Assembly (NCBI GenBank): GCA_038087875.1
Contig: CM075999.1
Location: 3,288,001 to 3,352,000, forward strand
Reading direction: 5' to 3'
Length of the DNA: 64,000 nucleotides
Source of the DNA: Malacoraja senta
Taxonomy: Eukaryota
Below the pieces are notes generated by a model. The model made no database searches. It worked only from the letters and a program-made list of their open reading frames with translations, and was not told the DNA's origin. Positions 37,690 through 50,456 of the stretch are shown one piece after another (position 1 is the first letter of the stretch; each line of letters starts with the position of its first letter). A program made the translations under genes and the position numbers.

Positions 37690-37900
37690 TCGCAAGAACG
37701 ACAAATGCGTTTTCAAACGTATTTTTATTCAGAAAATCACTTCTCAGTTCACAGGCTGTCACAACACGTCTGGCCACAACGGTGGTCAGCACTGAACTGC
37801 CGCACGTAAGCAAAACCGCGTGAAAACAAGCAGGCCCTCCCGAGTCACGTGACCGCAGCCTCTGAACGCCGGGTTCGATACTTGCGCTATCATCTTGAAT
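37690..37900. promoter_or_regulatory. Small CpG-rich unique segment with palindromic E-box GTCACGTGAC (37844-37853)
   Basis: CpG cluster outside recognisable repeats, with a USF/TFE-type E-box. Function is inferred only. Confidence 0.35.
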
Positions 37901-38324
37901 TGACACAGCGTGAATGCCATTGTGCTAACATTCAATACATTAACGCACAATGTGCCTCTCTGAGACATCAATGTTGGATTAACATTGTAGACAACCACCT
38001 TGTTAAGCATTCACTGATGCGCTACAATGCTGAGAACCATATTCTACACTCTGCATCTTCCCCTTTCGATCTACATGGAGAGGTGACGTTTCGGGTCAGG
38101 ACCCTTATTCAGACCCTTAAATCTGAATGCATTATTATCTCCAGTCTGAGGGAAGGCACCCAACCCAAAACGCCACCCCTCCATGTTTTCCAGAGTTGCC
38201 GCCTATACCAGAGTTACACCAGCACTTTGTGTGTTTTTTTGTAAACAAGCATCTGCAGTTCCTTGTTTCTACTATTGTACTTGAGTTTGGCGTGATTGTA
38301 TTTATGCACAGTATGATTTAGAGT

Positions 38325-38720
38325 CATAGTCATAGAGTGATACATTGTGGAAACAGGCCCTTCGGCCCAACTTGCCCACACCGGCCAACATGTCCCAGCT
38401 ACACTAGTCCCACCTACCTCCAAACCTGTCCTATCCATGTACCTGTCTAACTGTTTCTTAAATTTTGGGATAGTCCCAGCCTCAACTACCTCCTCTGGCA
38501 GCTTGTTCCATACACCCACCACCCTTTGTGTGAAAAAGTTACCCCTCAGATTCCTATTAAATCTTTTCCCCTGCATCTTAAACCTATGTCCTCTGGTCCT
38601 CGATTCCCCTACTCTGGGCAAGAGACTCTGTGCATCTACCCGATCTATTCCTCTCATGATTTTGTACACCTTTATAAGATCACCCCTCATCCTCCTGCGC
38701 TTCAGGGAATAGAGACCCAG
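38325..38720 (-). mobile_element. HER1-type CR1 3' fragment (a similar copy lies at about 39195-39660)
   Basis: ORF 38214-38735 is the CR1 RT C-terminus. Confidence 0.87.
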
Positions 38721-40726
38721 CCTTGCACTAAACATTATTCCCTTATCATGTATCTGTCCACTGTAAATGGCTCGATTGTAATCATGTATTGTCTTTCCGC
38801 TGACTGGTTAGCACGCAACAAAATCTTTTCACTGTACCTCGGTACACGTGACAATAAACTACACTGAACTGAACTGGTTCTATGATATAATTACCAATTT
38901 CCATGCTGAGCTTTGGAAATATTGGAAATAAGGGGAAAAATCATTGCATCTTGAAAGTTTCAGCCCTGCTTGTAAAAAATCTTTAATTGTCATTTGTTAT
39001 ATTTGAAGTTTTAAAGACTTAGATGATGTATAATAACTATACAGAGGGATAATTTCTTGGTTCCTCCTGCATGGGGCAGTGTTAGCACCGAGTCACCGTC
39101 GAGTGGGACTGATTGTGGACTGCAGCTGTTGCCATGACAACATTTATGACAACTTCATTTCCCAATTCAGTATCAGGCCCATCTTTCAAACGACATAGAG
39201 ACATAGAGTGATACAGCGTGGAAACAGGCCCTTCGGCCCAACTTGCCCACACCGGCCAACATGTCCCAGCTACACTAGTCCCACCTGCCTGCGCTTGGTC
39301 CATATCCCTCCAAACCTGTCCTATCCATGTACCTGTCTAACTGTTTCTTAAAAGTTGGGTTTCTTCCCAGCCTCAACTAACTCCTCCAGCCCCTTGTTCC
39401 ATACACCCACCGTCCTTTGTGTGAACAGGTTACCCCTCAGATTCCTATTAAACCTTTTCACCTTCACCTTAAACCTATGTCCTCTGGTCCTCGATTCCCC
39501 TTACTCTGGGCAAGAGACTGTGCATCTACCCGATCTATTCCTCTCATGATTTTAGACACCTCAATAAGATCACTCCTCATCTTCTTGAACTCCAAGGAGA
39601 CCCAGCCTACTCAACCTCTCCCTGTAGCTCACACCCTCTATTCCTGGCATCATCCTTGTCAACACACCATAAGCGTGAGGCACAAGAGCCTGAAGATGCT
39701 GGAATCAACAGCAACAAACAGCTGGTGGAACTCTGTGGCATCTAAAAGGCCGGCTGTCCATCCCCTCCACAGATGCTGCCTGACCAACTGAGTTCCTCAG
39801 GTATCTTGCTTGTGGCGACACACCATAACTCAATTATTAATGAACACAATTACTATGGATGGGTCTTTGTATATTCCTGTACTTATAGCATTTTCTGTTT
39901 CATCTAATTTCAGCGCCAGAGACCCGGGTTCGACCCTGACCACGGGTGCTGTCTGTATGGAGTTTGTACGTTCCCCCTGTGACCACGTGGGTTTCCGCGC
40001 TGTGTCTCTAGACTAAACGAAACCAAGCTCTCAGGGCCAAGCAAGATTTTAGCAACAATAGGGATGGGTGTGTGTGAAAGAACCACGAGTTTCTGTATGT
40101 GTTGTATTCACCATTCACATTATCAAGGTTGCATCTTCATCAATCAATGGGTGATTCAGGTTTGACTTCCTCCGCATCAAAGAACTCTGCAATTCACAGA
40201 AACATCGAAATAGGTGCAGGAGTAGGCCATTCGGCCCTTCGAGCCAGCACCGCCATTCAATATGATCATGGCTGATCATCCAGAATCTGTACCCCGTTCC
40301 TGCTTTCTCTCCATATCCCCTGATTCCATTAACCCTAAGAGCTATATATAACTCTCTCTTGAAAACATCCAGTGAATTGGCCTCCACTGCCTTCTGTGGC
40401 AGAGAATTCCACAGATTCACAACTCTGAAAAAAGTGTTTCCTCATCTCAGTCCTAAATGGCCTACCCCTTATTCTTAAACTGTGACCCCTGGTTCTGAAC
40501 TCCCCCAACATGGGGAATATTTTTCCTGCAACTAGCCTGGCCAATCCCTTAAGAATCTTATATCTTGCTATAAGATCCCATCTCATCCTTCTAAATTCCA
40601 GTGAATATAAGCTCAATAATTAGAGCAAAAGTAAAATTAAAATGTCAGTTTTATTGTTGTGTTGCTTGGAGCTGCCTCTGAGTACTTTGGTATTAAGCAG
40701 GGATCACTGGGGAGATGTATCACATA

Positions 40727-41390
40727 AGAAAGCGAATGGTATGTTAGCTTTCATAGCAAAAGGATTTGAGTATAGGAGCAGGGAGGTTCTACTGCAGTTG
40801 TACAGGGTCTTGGTGAGACCACACCTGGAGTATTGCGTACAGTTTTGGTCTCCAAATCTGAGGAAGGACATTATAGCCATAGAGGGAGTACAGAGAAGGT
40901 TCACCAGACTGATTCCTGGGATGTCAGGACTGTCTTATGAAGAAAGACTGGATAGACTTGGTTTATACTCTCTAGAATTTAGGAGATTGAGAGGGGGTCT
41001 TATAGAAACTTACAAGATTCTTATGGGGTTGGACAGGCTAGATGCAGGAAGATTGCTCCCGATGTTGGGGAAGTCCAGGACAAGGGGTCACAGCTTAAGG
41101 ATAAGGGGGAAATCTTTTAAAACCGAGATGAGAAGAACTTTTTTCACACAGAGAGTGGTGAATCTCTGGAACTCTCTGCCACAGAGGGTAGTCGAGGCCA
41201 GTTCATTGGCTATATTTAAGAGGGAGTTAGATGTGGCCCTTGTGGCTAAAGGGATCAGAGGGTATGGAGAGAAGGAAGGTACGGGATACTGAGTTGGATG
41301 ATCAGCCATGATCATATTGAATGGCGGTGCAGGCTCGAAGGGCCGAATGGCCTACTCCTGCACCTAATTTCTATGTTTCTATGTTTCTAT
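40727..41390 (+). mobile_element. Young CR1 LINE 3' fragment
   Basis: Open frame KKANGMLAFI...RPHLEYCVQFWSP...GTGY*; (TTTCTATG)n tail. Confidence 0.93.
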
Positions 41391-41395
41391 AATGG

Positions 41396-41644
41396 TGTTT
41401 AAGAAGGAACTGCAGATGCTGGAAAATCGAAGGTAGACAAAAGTGCTGGAGAAACTCAGCGGGTGCAGCAGCATCTATGGAGCGAAGGAAATAGGCAACG
41501 TTTCGGGCCGAAACCCTTCAGGAAGGAAATAGGTAACGTTTCGGGCCGAAACCCTTCAGGGTTTCGTCCCGAAACGTTGCCTATTTCCTTCGCTCCATAG
41601 ATGTTGCTGCACCCGCTGAGTTTCTCCAGCACTTTTGTCTACCA
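41396..41644. mobile_element. Palindromic Penelope-derived element, subfamily B
   Basis: Near-identical to 9568-9815 and 51467-51717. Confidence 0.82.
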
Positions 41645-42992
41645 CATAATGGACGTTACTAAAGTATGATTTAATAATACAATCGTGGTCGTACAACACA
41701 GAGCTGGCCCTTTGGTCTCACTAGTCCAAGAACACCACACTTACATCAATTGTAAAAGAATCCTTTTTTTAAAATGCTCTCCACATTCCTGTCCGCACTC
41801 CCCGGATTCGACCCCGTCACCTTCCCTGGAGGCACACTTTACAGCAGCCAACTTAACCCACCAAGGAAAATAGAGAAGAAAGATCAGAAACAAGGAACTG
41901 CAGATACTGGTTTACAAAAAAAGGACTCCAAGTGCTGGAGTAATCCAGCAGGTCAGGCAGCATCAGTGGGCGCTGCGGTAGAGTTGCTGCCTCACATAGA
42001 AACATAGAAAATAGGAGCAGGAGTAGGCCATTCGGCCCTTCGAGCCTGCACCGCCATTCAATATGATCATGGCTGATCATCCAACTCAGTATCCTGTGCC
42101 TGCCTTCTCTCCGTACCCCCTGATCCCTTTAGCCACAAGGGCCACATCTAACTCCCTCTTAAATATAGCCAACGAACTGGCCTCAACCACCCTCTGTGGC
42201 AGAGAATTCCACAGATTCACCACTCTCTGTGTGAAAAATGATTTTCTCATCTCGGTCCTAATCTGTGTGAAATATTATTTTCTCATCTCTGTCCTCACAG
42301 CGCCAGAGACTCGGGTTCAACCCTGACTACGGGTGCTGTCTGTACGGAGTTTGTACGTTCTCCCTGTGACCTGCGTGGGTTTTCTCCGGGTTGCTCCGGT
42401 TTCCTCCCACACCCCAAAGATGTGCAGGTTTGTAGGTTAATTGGCTTTGTTAAAAAAAAAGAGGTAAATTGCCCCAGTGTTCTGAAGGGCCCGTTTCCAC
42501 GCTAAACGTCTAACTCTAAACTGTCCTCAGCAACTATAATCTTCTTTGGTTTGTAGCAAGTAAGAATGTCATTGTTCTGTGACCAGACTATTAAACACTC
42601 TGGACTCTCTGTGTAGGAAGGAACTGCAGATGCTGGTTTACACCGACAATAGACACAAAGTGCTGGAGTAACTCAGCGGGGCAGGCAGCATCTCTGGAGA
42701 GAAAGAATGGGTGACCCATTCCTTTTCTCCAGAGATGCTGCCTGTCCCGCTGAGTTACTCCAGCATTTTGTGTCTAACTCTGGACTTTCTTGTCTCTTGA
42801 CTTGATCTTAGAATCTGAAAGAATATTGGCAGATTATTCGTGCTCATTTATTTTTGTTATCCACCACTGAGCTGTTTCAAGTTGTTTTACTGGTGAGAGG
42901 GTGGGGGCCAGGAATGAAGGGGGGACTCGGCGGTGGCAGGGGAGGGGTGGGTGGACGGAGAAGGGAGAGACTGCTGCCAGGGCAGTAGATAG

Positions 42993-43402
42993 CAAAGATC
43001 CTATAGCGAGCAAGATAGACCACTCGGCGAAAAAGACGTAGTACGGTCATGGGCAGATTCATGGGTAATTTTCGGCCCCATTTCCGTAACCGGCTTCCGT
43101 CTCCGCACCAAAGATCCCGTAGCGGAGCAAAGATAACTAGTGCGGAGACGGAAGCCGGTTACGGAAACATCCTCGTAAAAATAAAAGTTCTTTGGTAAAA
43201 ATCTTCTCCTCATTTTCAGAATTATAATTTATTAACACAAACTGTTCTCCCGCAACGTTGATTACACTGCGGGTCGGGTCGGGTCGGGTCGGGTTACGGA
43301 AATGGATGAAAAAAAGGCCCACGTTCCGCTCCGTTGCGTACTACACGTCAGCCCATTCCATTTAGCAGGAGTGGTCTATCTTGCTCCGCTATAGGATCTT
43401 TG
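42993..43402. mobile_element. MITE with about 33-bp TIRs (CAAAGATCCTATAGCG...) and 8-bp TSD; P or hAT superfamily
   Basis: TIRs at 42993-43025 and 43369-43402; TSD GTAGATAG at 42985-42992 and 43403-43410. Confidence 0.85.
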
Positions 43403-44664
43403 GTAGATAGGACTATCCAGTTAACTTCTGTAACATTGTCGACACGGGTACTGCCGAGGTGAGGTGCACTGTGTGATTTTACCGCGTTGTACGCAAAGCA
43501 AAGCATTTCACTGTAGCTAGGTACACGTGACAATAAAATATCATTGAATCTCTGAAGGTTCTATCGAGCCTGGAGAGTAACTCTGATGGATTCTCCAGCC
43601 AGCACAGCGTTGAAGCTTTCAGCTGTAATATGCATTGGCAGCACACATTGACATTAGGGCTGTGGAATAAATAGGTTTGGGATGTCTCTCTTGGCAGCAG
43701 TTTTATATTGAATAAATTATCAGAAATTGCACAGATTGGTGTCAATGTAAGATGCAGTAGATAAATTGTTCGCCAGTCCAATATGGCATATCCCCAGATA
43801 GTTCACTTTGTACATTATCTCAAGAGCCTTTGTGGTTATGGAGCAGCATGGTGGCACAGCAGTAGCACCAGAGACCCGGGTTCGATCCTGACTACGGACG
43901 CTGTCTGTGTGGAGTTTGCACGTTCTCCCCGTGACCACGTGGGTTTCCTCCGGGTGCTCCGGTCTACTCCCACGTCCCAAACACGTGCGGAATTTGTAGG
44001 CTAATTGGCCCTAGTGTGTAGGACGGGGAAGTGACCGCAACGTTACCAAAGCCAATTAACCTACAAACCTGCACGGCTTTGGAGTGCGGGAGGAAACCGG
44101 AGCACCCGGAGAAAACCCACGCAGGTCACGGGGAGAAGGTACAAACTCCGTACAGACAGCGCCCGTAGTCAGGATCGAACCCGGGTCTCTGGCGCTGTGA
44201 GGCAGCAACTCTACCGCTGCGCCACCGTGCCGGCCCTTCTAGTTTTTGCTGAGCATCTTTTCGTTAAATTACCAAAGCTACGTATTTCTGGCCCAGAGGA
44301 TATGAAAGTATTTTGCTGAATGTTATCCTGCTGAAAATACAATATCTGTTGCAACTAATATGTTGCCTAGCAACTAATGCTGTGGAGATACAACACACTT
44401 TTCAGAGCAACTAACTTATGCCCTATCACAATTATTTTGACAAATCCCTTCCCTCCCTCCCTCCCTCCCTCCCCCGTCCTATTCAATCCTCTAGTTTCAC
44501 ATTTCACGCAGCCTCTAACATCTCCTTATCTCACTTTTTGTTCTTTCAGTTCTGGCATTCGTCCAACTAATTGCCAATCAGAATCCCCTCACCAGTATCC
44601 ACCTATCACTTGCCAGGTTTTGTGTCCCCCCCTCCCCACCTCTTTTCCAGCTTTCTCCTGCAAA

Positions 44665-45196
44665 CCCTAATTTAAGGAAGGACATTCTTGCTATTGAGGG
44701 AGTGCAGCGTAGGTTTACAAGGTTAATTCCCAGGATGGTGGGACTGTCATATGCTGAGAGAATGGAGCAGCTGGGCTTGTATACTCTGGAGTTTAGAAGG
44801 ATGAGAGGGCATCTCATTGAAACATATAAGATTGTTAAGGGTTTGGATACGCTAGAGGCAGGAAACATGTTCCCGATGTTGGGGGAGTCCAGAACCAGGG
44901 GCCACAGTTTAAGAATAAGGAGTAAACCATTTAGAACGGAGATGAGGAAACACTTTTTCTCACAGAGAGTGGTGAGTCTGTGGAATTCTCTGCCTCAGGG
45001 TGGTGGAGGCCGGTTCTCTGGATGCTTTCAAGAGAGAGCTAGATAGGGCTCTTAAAGATAGCGGAGTCAGGGGATATGGGGAGAAGGCAGGAACGGGGTA
45101 CTGATTGTGGATGATCAGCCATGATCACATTGAATGGCGGTGCTGGCTCGAAGGGCCAAATGGCCTACTCCTGCACCTATTGTCTATTGTCTATTA
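44665..45196 (+). mobile_element. CR1 LINE 3' fragment
   Basis: ORF 44702-45046; (TTGTCTA)n tail. Confidence 0.9.
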
Positions 45197-45303
45197 TCAC
45201 AATCAGTCTGAAGAAGGCTTGGCTTAGTTTAGTTTAGTTTAGAGATACGCTGTCCAGCAATCACCCATACACTAGTTCTTTCCAACACAACAAGCATCAT
45301 TTA

Positions 45304-45431
45304 GCGGTGGGAGATTGCAACCTTCACGCCCTGTTTCGACGAATGCAATCAACCTGGCGTGCACAATCAAATAAGATCAAATAGAACAAGTTGTCCTACA
45401 ACTTTAGGCTGTGCACGCCACACGCAAGAAG
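45304..45431 (+). mobile_element. Ribozyme-headed short retroposon, copy 3 (7-nt deletion in the ribozyme)
   Basis: Homologous to copy 1 but lacks TGGTCCG. Confidence 0.75.
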
Positions 45432-46419
45432 TAAAATTCACAGATGCCAATTAACCTACAAATTGTGTAGGAGGGAACTGCAGATGCTGCTTTACACTGA
45501 AGATAGACACAAACAGCTGGAGTAACTCAGCGGGTCAGGCAGCATCTCTGGAGAGAATGAAGAGGTGACGGTTCGGGTCGAGAACCTTCTTCAGACTGAC
45601 CTCTAAAATGCACATGTTTGGGATGTGGGAGAAAACCGGAGCACCCAGTTTGTGTCCTGAAGGGCCTGTTTACACGCTGTATTTCTAAAACTAAAAACAT
45701 GACTGATCAGAGCAAGGTTACATCAATAGACTGCAAATAAAAATGTTAATTTCAATGCTATTTGTGTCTTTAAAATATGTATGATTTGATTGTACGACAG
45801 GTTGAATATTTAATATATATTTCCCCGAATGTTGTATTCCAGAGACTAAGTAGCAATGATTCACACAATTAGAGCTCGCTGTCGAGAACCGGGAACATAA
45901 TTAATTTCCTTTCACTCTCTTTTCAATAGACCAGATCTGATAAATGTATTTGCTCACACATTGAGAACTTGATTGGCAAATATGAATAACTGCATTGGCT
46001 CATTACTTAATTGTATCACCTCAACCTTTGACAAATGCACTAGAACATATTTATGAGACATCGCGTTAGTGTCGACTTGACGACATTGCCCACAAACCTG
46101 TTCAACCAGAGATAGAAAACATCTTGCGTAAGAAGGAAAACTGCAGACTCTGGTCTCAACCGCAGAGAGACCAAGAAAAATCTGGAGTCGCTCAGTGGGA
46201 CGGGCAGCATCTCTGGAGAGAAAGAATGGGTGACGTTCTCTCCAGAGACGATGCCTGTCCTGCTGAGTTACACCAGCGTTGAGTGTCTATTATAGGAAAT
46301 GTATTGTTGCCTGAAGCTCATCCCATTAAATCTTTACCGTACTGCTTACAGTTATCGTAGGAATGTTATCAGGTCAAAGCAAGTTGGCATACAGGCAGTA
46401 GATATTGGGCAGTATGTCT

Positions 46420-46715
46420 TACGGCTATCTTGACTACCTATAACTACATGGCGACCCCACTACAAGTGCACCTATTGACTACAGGATTATCGGTTTTCTC
46501 CATGGCGACCAATTTTTCGTCGCAGAAAAATTTTCAACATGTTGAAAAATTTGCGGTGACCATACTGAGGCCGTGACTTGTTCCCAAAATGCGGGAACTC
46601 CTCGCGACCATGAAGGAGACTCACCATCGAACAAGTGGCGACCATGTGGCGAACATGTGGTGAGCGCAGAGTCTCCTGCAGTTGCCTAAAAAGTCGCCTA
46701 TGTGGGACAGGCCCT
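46420..46715. mobile_element. Harbinger-like MITE fragment (one end)
   Basis: End gtgggacaggccct followed by TTA; internal palindrome TTTTCAACATGTTGAAAA. Confidence 0.6.
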
Positions 46716-47524
46716 TTAGTTTAATTTAGTTTAGTTTAGAGATACAGAGTGGACACAGGCCCTTCGTCCCCCCGAATCCACGTTGACCAGCGATCCCCGT
46801 ACTCTATCCTACACACACTAGGGACAATTTACAATCTTTACCGAAGCTAATTAACGTACAAACCTACAATTTTACCCAAGCCAATTGATCCTACAAATCT
46901 GGAGTGTGGGAGGAAACCGGAGCACCCGGAGAAAACCCACGCGGGTCACGGGGAGAACGTACAAACTCCGTACAGACAGCACCCGTAGTCGGGATGGAAC
47001 CCGGGTCTCTGGCGCTGTGAGGCAGTAACTCTACCACTGCGCCACCGTGCCGACCACTAAATTATTTTTTGCATGCTCAACCTGAATCCAAAATTGAAAA
47101 ACATAGGGACAGCCTCACAGCACCAGAGACTGGAGTTCAATACTGACTATATGTGCTGTCTGTGTGGAGTTTGCACGTTCTCCCTGTGACCGTGTGGGTT
47201 TCCTCCCACATCCCAAACATGTGCAGGTTTGTAGGTTAATAAATTACTGCTAGTGTGTAGGGAGTGGATGAGAAAGTGGGATAACATAGAACTAGTGTGA
47301 ACCGGTGATCGAAGGTTACATAAGATCGGATACATACTCAGAACCTTTCTCCAGGATGGAAATGTTAAAGGCGACACGGGCAAAATGTAGAGGTGTTTTT
47401 TACAGAGAGCGGTGGGTGGTTGGAATCAACATTCAATATGATCATGGATCATCCAGAATCAGTACCCCGTTCCTGCTTTCTCCCCGTATCCCTTGATTTC
47501 TTTCGCCCTAAGAACTAAATCTAA

Positions 47525-48791
47525 TGGGCCTGTCCCACTTACGTGACTTTTTCGGCAACTGCCGGCACCCGTCATAGGTCGTTGCAGGTCGCCGAAAATT
47601 TTCAACATGTTGAAAATCCAAAGATGCTACGACTCTTTGGGCGACTGAGGAGACGACTCATAGATACATAGATACATAGAAAATAGGTGCAGGAGTAGGC
47701 CATTCGGCCCTTCGAGCCTGCACCGCCATTCAATATGATCATGGCTGATCATTCAACTCAGTATCCCGTACCTGCCTTCTCTCCATACCCCCTGATCCCC
47801 TTAGCCACAAGGGCCACATCTAACTCCCTCTTAAATATAGCCAATGAACTGGCCTCAACTACCCTCTGTGGCAGAGAGTTCCAGAGATTCACCACTCTCT
47901 GTGTGAAAAAGTTTTTCCACATCTCGATCTTAAAGGATTTCCCCCTTATCCTTAAGCTGTGAACCCTTGTCTTGGACTTCCCCAACACCGGGAACAATCT
48001 TCCTGCATCTAGCCTGTCCAACCCCATAAGAATTTTGTACGTTTCTATAAGATCCCCTCTCAATCTCCTAAATTCTAGCGCGTATAAGCCAAGTCTATCC
48101 AGTCTTTCTTCATATGAAAGTCCTGACATCCCAGGAATCAGTCTGGTGAACCTTCTCTGCACTCCCTCTATGGCTATAATGTCCTTCCTCAGATTTGGAG
48201 ACCAAAACTGTACGCAATACTCCAGGTGTGGTCTCACCAAGACCCTGTACATCTGCAGTAGAACCTCCCTGCTCCTATACTCAAATCCTTTTGCTATGAA
48301 AGCTAACATACCATTCGCTTTCTTCACTGCCTGCTGCACCTGCATGCCTACTTTCAATGACTGGTGTACCATGACACCCAGGTCTCGTTGCATCTCCCCT
48401 TTTCCTAATCGGCCACCATTTAGATAATAGTCTGCTTTCCTGTTTTTGCCACCAAAGTGGATAACCTCACATTTATCCACATTATACTGCATCTGCCAAA
48501 CATTTGCCCACTCACCCAGCCTATCCAAGTCACCTTGCAGTCTCCTAGCATCCTCCTCACAGCTAACACTGCCCCCCAGCTTAGTGTCATCCGCAAACTT
48601 GGAGACTCACGACCATACAGGCGACATGTCGCGGGGTGAAGCCTGGACGGTCGTGAGTAGTCGCCCAAAGAGTCGTACCTTGTTCTGGTCACCGCTGGAT
48701 TTTCAACATGTTGGAAATTTTCAGTGTCCTGCTGTGACTATGACGGGTGCCGATAGCCACCGAAAAAATTCGCGTAAGTTGGACAGGCCCA
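47525..48791. mobile_element. Harbinger-like MITE split by a CR1 insertion
   Basis: TIRs TGGGCCTGTCCCACTTACG and CGTAAGTTGGACAGGCCCA, flanked by TAA/TTA. Confidence 0.8.
47661..48603 (-). mobile_element. Young CR1 LINE, 5'-truncated, open 256-aa RT C-terminal frame
   Basis: ORF 47758-48528. KFADDTKLGG is readable at the truncation point. TSD GACTCA. Confidence 0.95.
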
Positions 48792-49256
48792 TTATTCTCT
48801 CTTGAAAACATCCAGTGAATCGGCCTCCACTGCCGTCTGTGGCAGAGAATTCCACAGATTCACAGGTCTCTGGGTGAAAACGTTTTTCCTCATCTCAGTC
48901 CTAAATGGCCGGCCCCTTATTCTTAAACTCCTAAAATTGTGTTCCTTGTCCGCGTGACTCTCTCGTGAGGGCTCTGTGATGCCTTTGCCTCTCTTCTCGC
49001 TGTGCTAGCATTCCACATTCTGATGTGTCATTAGCGGCTAGGGAGCTGAGCACACACATCCAAACATTTGTTTTTATTTCCAGTGATTATATAACAACAA
49101 ATGCTCCACGGAGCGACTTTGCAGGACAGCGACACCTCCAGGCGATGACTCAAAGCAGGCAAACATTTGCTTCAAAGAGGAAAATAAAAGGATAGAAACT
49201 CTTGAGTGTTGGCAAACATGCACTAGAAATATTGTACATCAAAACCCGTTTATTTG

Positions 49257-50055
49257 GAATGGAATGGAATGCTATTTATTGTCATTCAAACCTAGGTTTG
49301 AACGAAATATCATTTACTACAGTTTTTTACATTACAAAAAACCCAAGACACACACTTAACACAGTTTACACAAACATCCATCACAGTGAATCTCCAACAC
49401 CTCCTCACTGTGATGGAAGGCAAAGTCTTATCTCTTCCCTTTGTTCTTCTCCCACGGTCCAGCAGTCCACCTGCAGCGTCGAGGCAAACTGGGGCTCCGA
49501 TGTTAGAGCCCACGGCGGGCGATGGTAAGTCCTGTGGCCATTTAGCCACGCCGGGCGATGTTAGGCCTCGCTCCGTGTCCTTTAAACCCCGTGCGTCCAG
49601 CGGGAGAAGTTGCCGTTGCGGGAGCTCTGAAAGCCGTCTCCCACCAGGGACCTGGAGCTCCCGATGTTCCTGTCCACCGGGCCCGCAGCCGGAGCTTCCG
49701 AAACTCCAAAGTCGGGTCGCAGCCGAGCGCCACCACAGCTCTTCCCGCTCCGAAGACGACCAGCTCCGCGATGTCAGGTCCGCAGGCTTCGCGACTGGAG
49801 CCCTCAGGTTGGTCCCGGCCGGAGGCCGCCGCCGGCTCCACAATGTTAGGCCCAACGACACCGGAGACCCGACAGGGAAAAACTCGGGTCCCCCGCACAG
49901 GGAAGAGAATAAACGGTTTCCCCCCTCCACCCCCCACATATACACAGCTAAAAAATAATAAAAACTAAGCTCAAGACATACATTTAACAAGACAAAAAAA
50001 AAAAAGACGGACGACTGTAGGTGAGCCGCTGCCGTTAGGCACCGCCACTGCACAG
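49257..50055 (-). mobile_element. GC-rich non-autonomous retroelement with Rex1/Babar-like 3' end
   Basis: Minus-strand end atttcgttcaaacctaggtttgaatgacaataaa followed by (CATTC)n; possible TSD TTATTTG. Confidence 0.55.
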
Positions 50056-50456
50056 TTATTTGAATTGGATTGGATCAAATTGTACTGAAAGATGCAGCAC
50101 GGAAACAGGCCCTTCGGCCCACCGAGTCCACGCCGACCATCGATCACCCGCTCACACTAGTTCAATGTTCAACGTTAACCCACTTCCTCATCCACTCCGC
50201 ACACATTCAGGACAATTTACAGAGGCCAATTAACCTACAAACCGCCCCATTTCCTGCACATCCATCTTACAGCCTCCAAATGCCACCATTTATCTGTCTG
50301 ACAGGGTGTTCCATGCACCCACCACTCTCTGTGTAGAAGGCAGCCCAGCTCATCTCCGGTAAACTCTCCCCACCCCACCTTGAAGCTGTGCCCTTTAGTC
50401 TTTAACATTTTCATCCTGGGAGAAAGGTTCTGACTGTCGACCCTATCTATTCCTCT

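Noticed and set aside
49310..50053. Overlapping 130-247 aa ORFs on both strands
   Set aside because: Explained by high GC content; no recognisable domain or splice structure.
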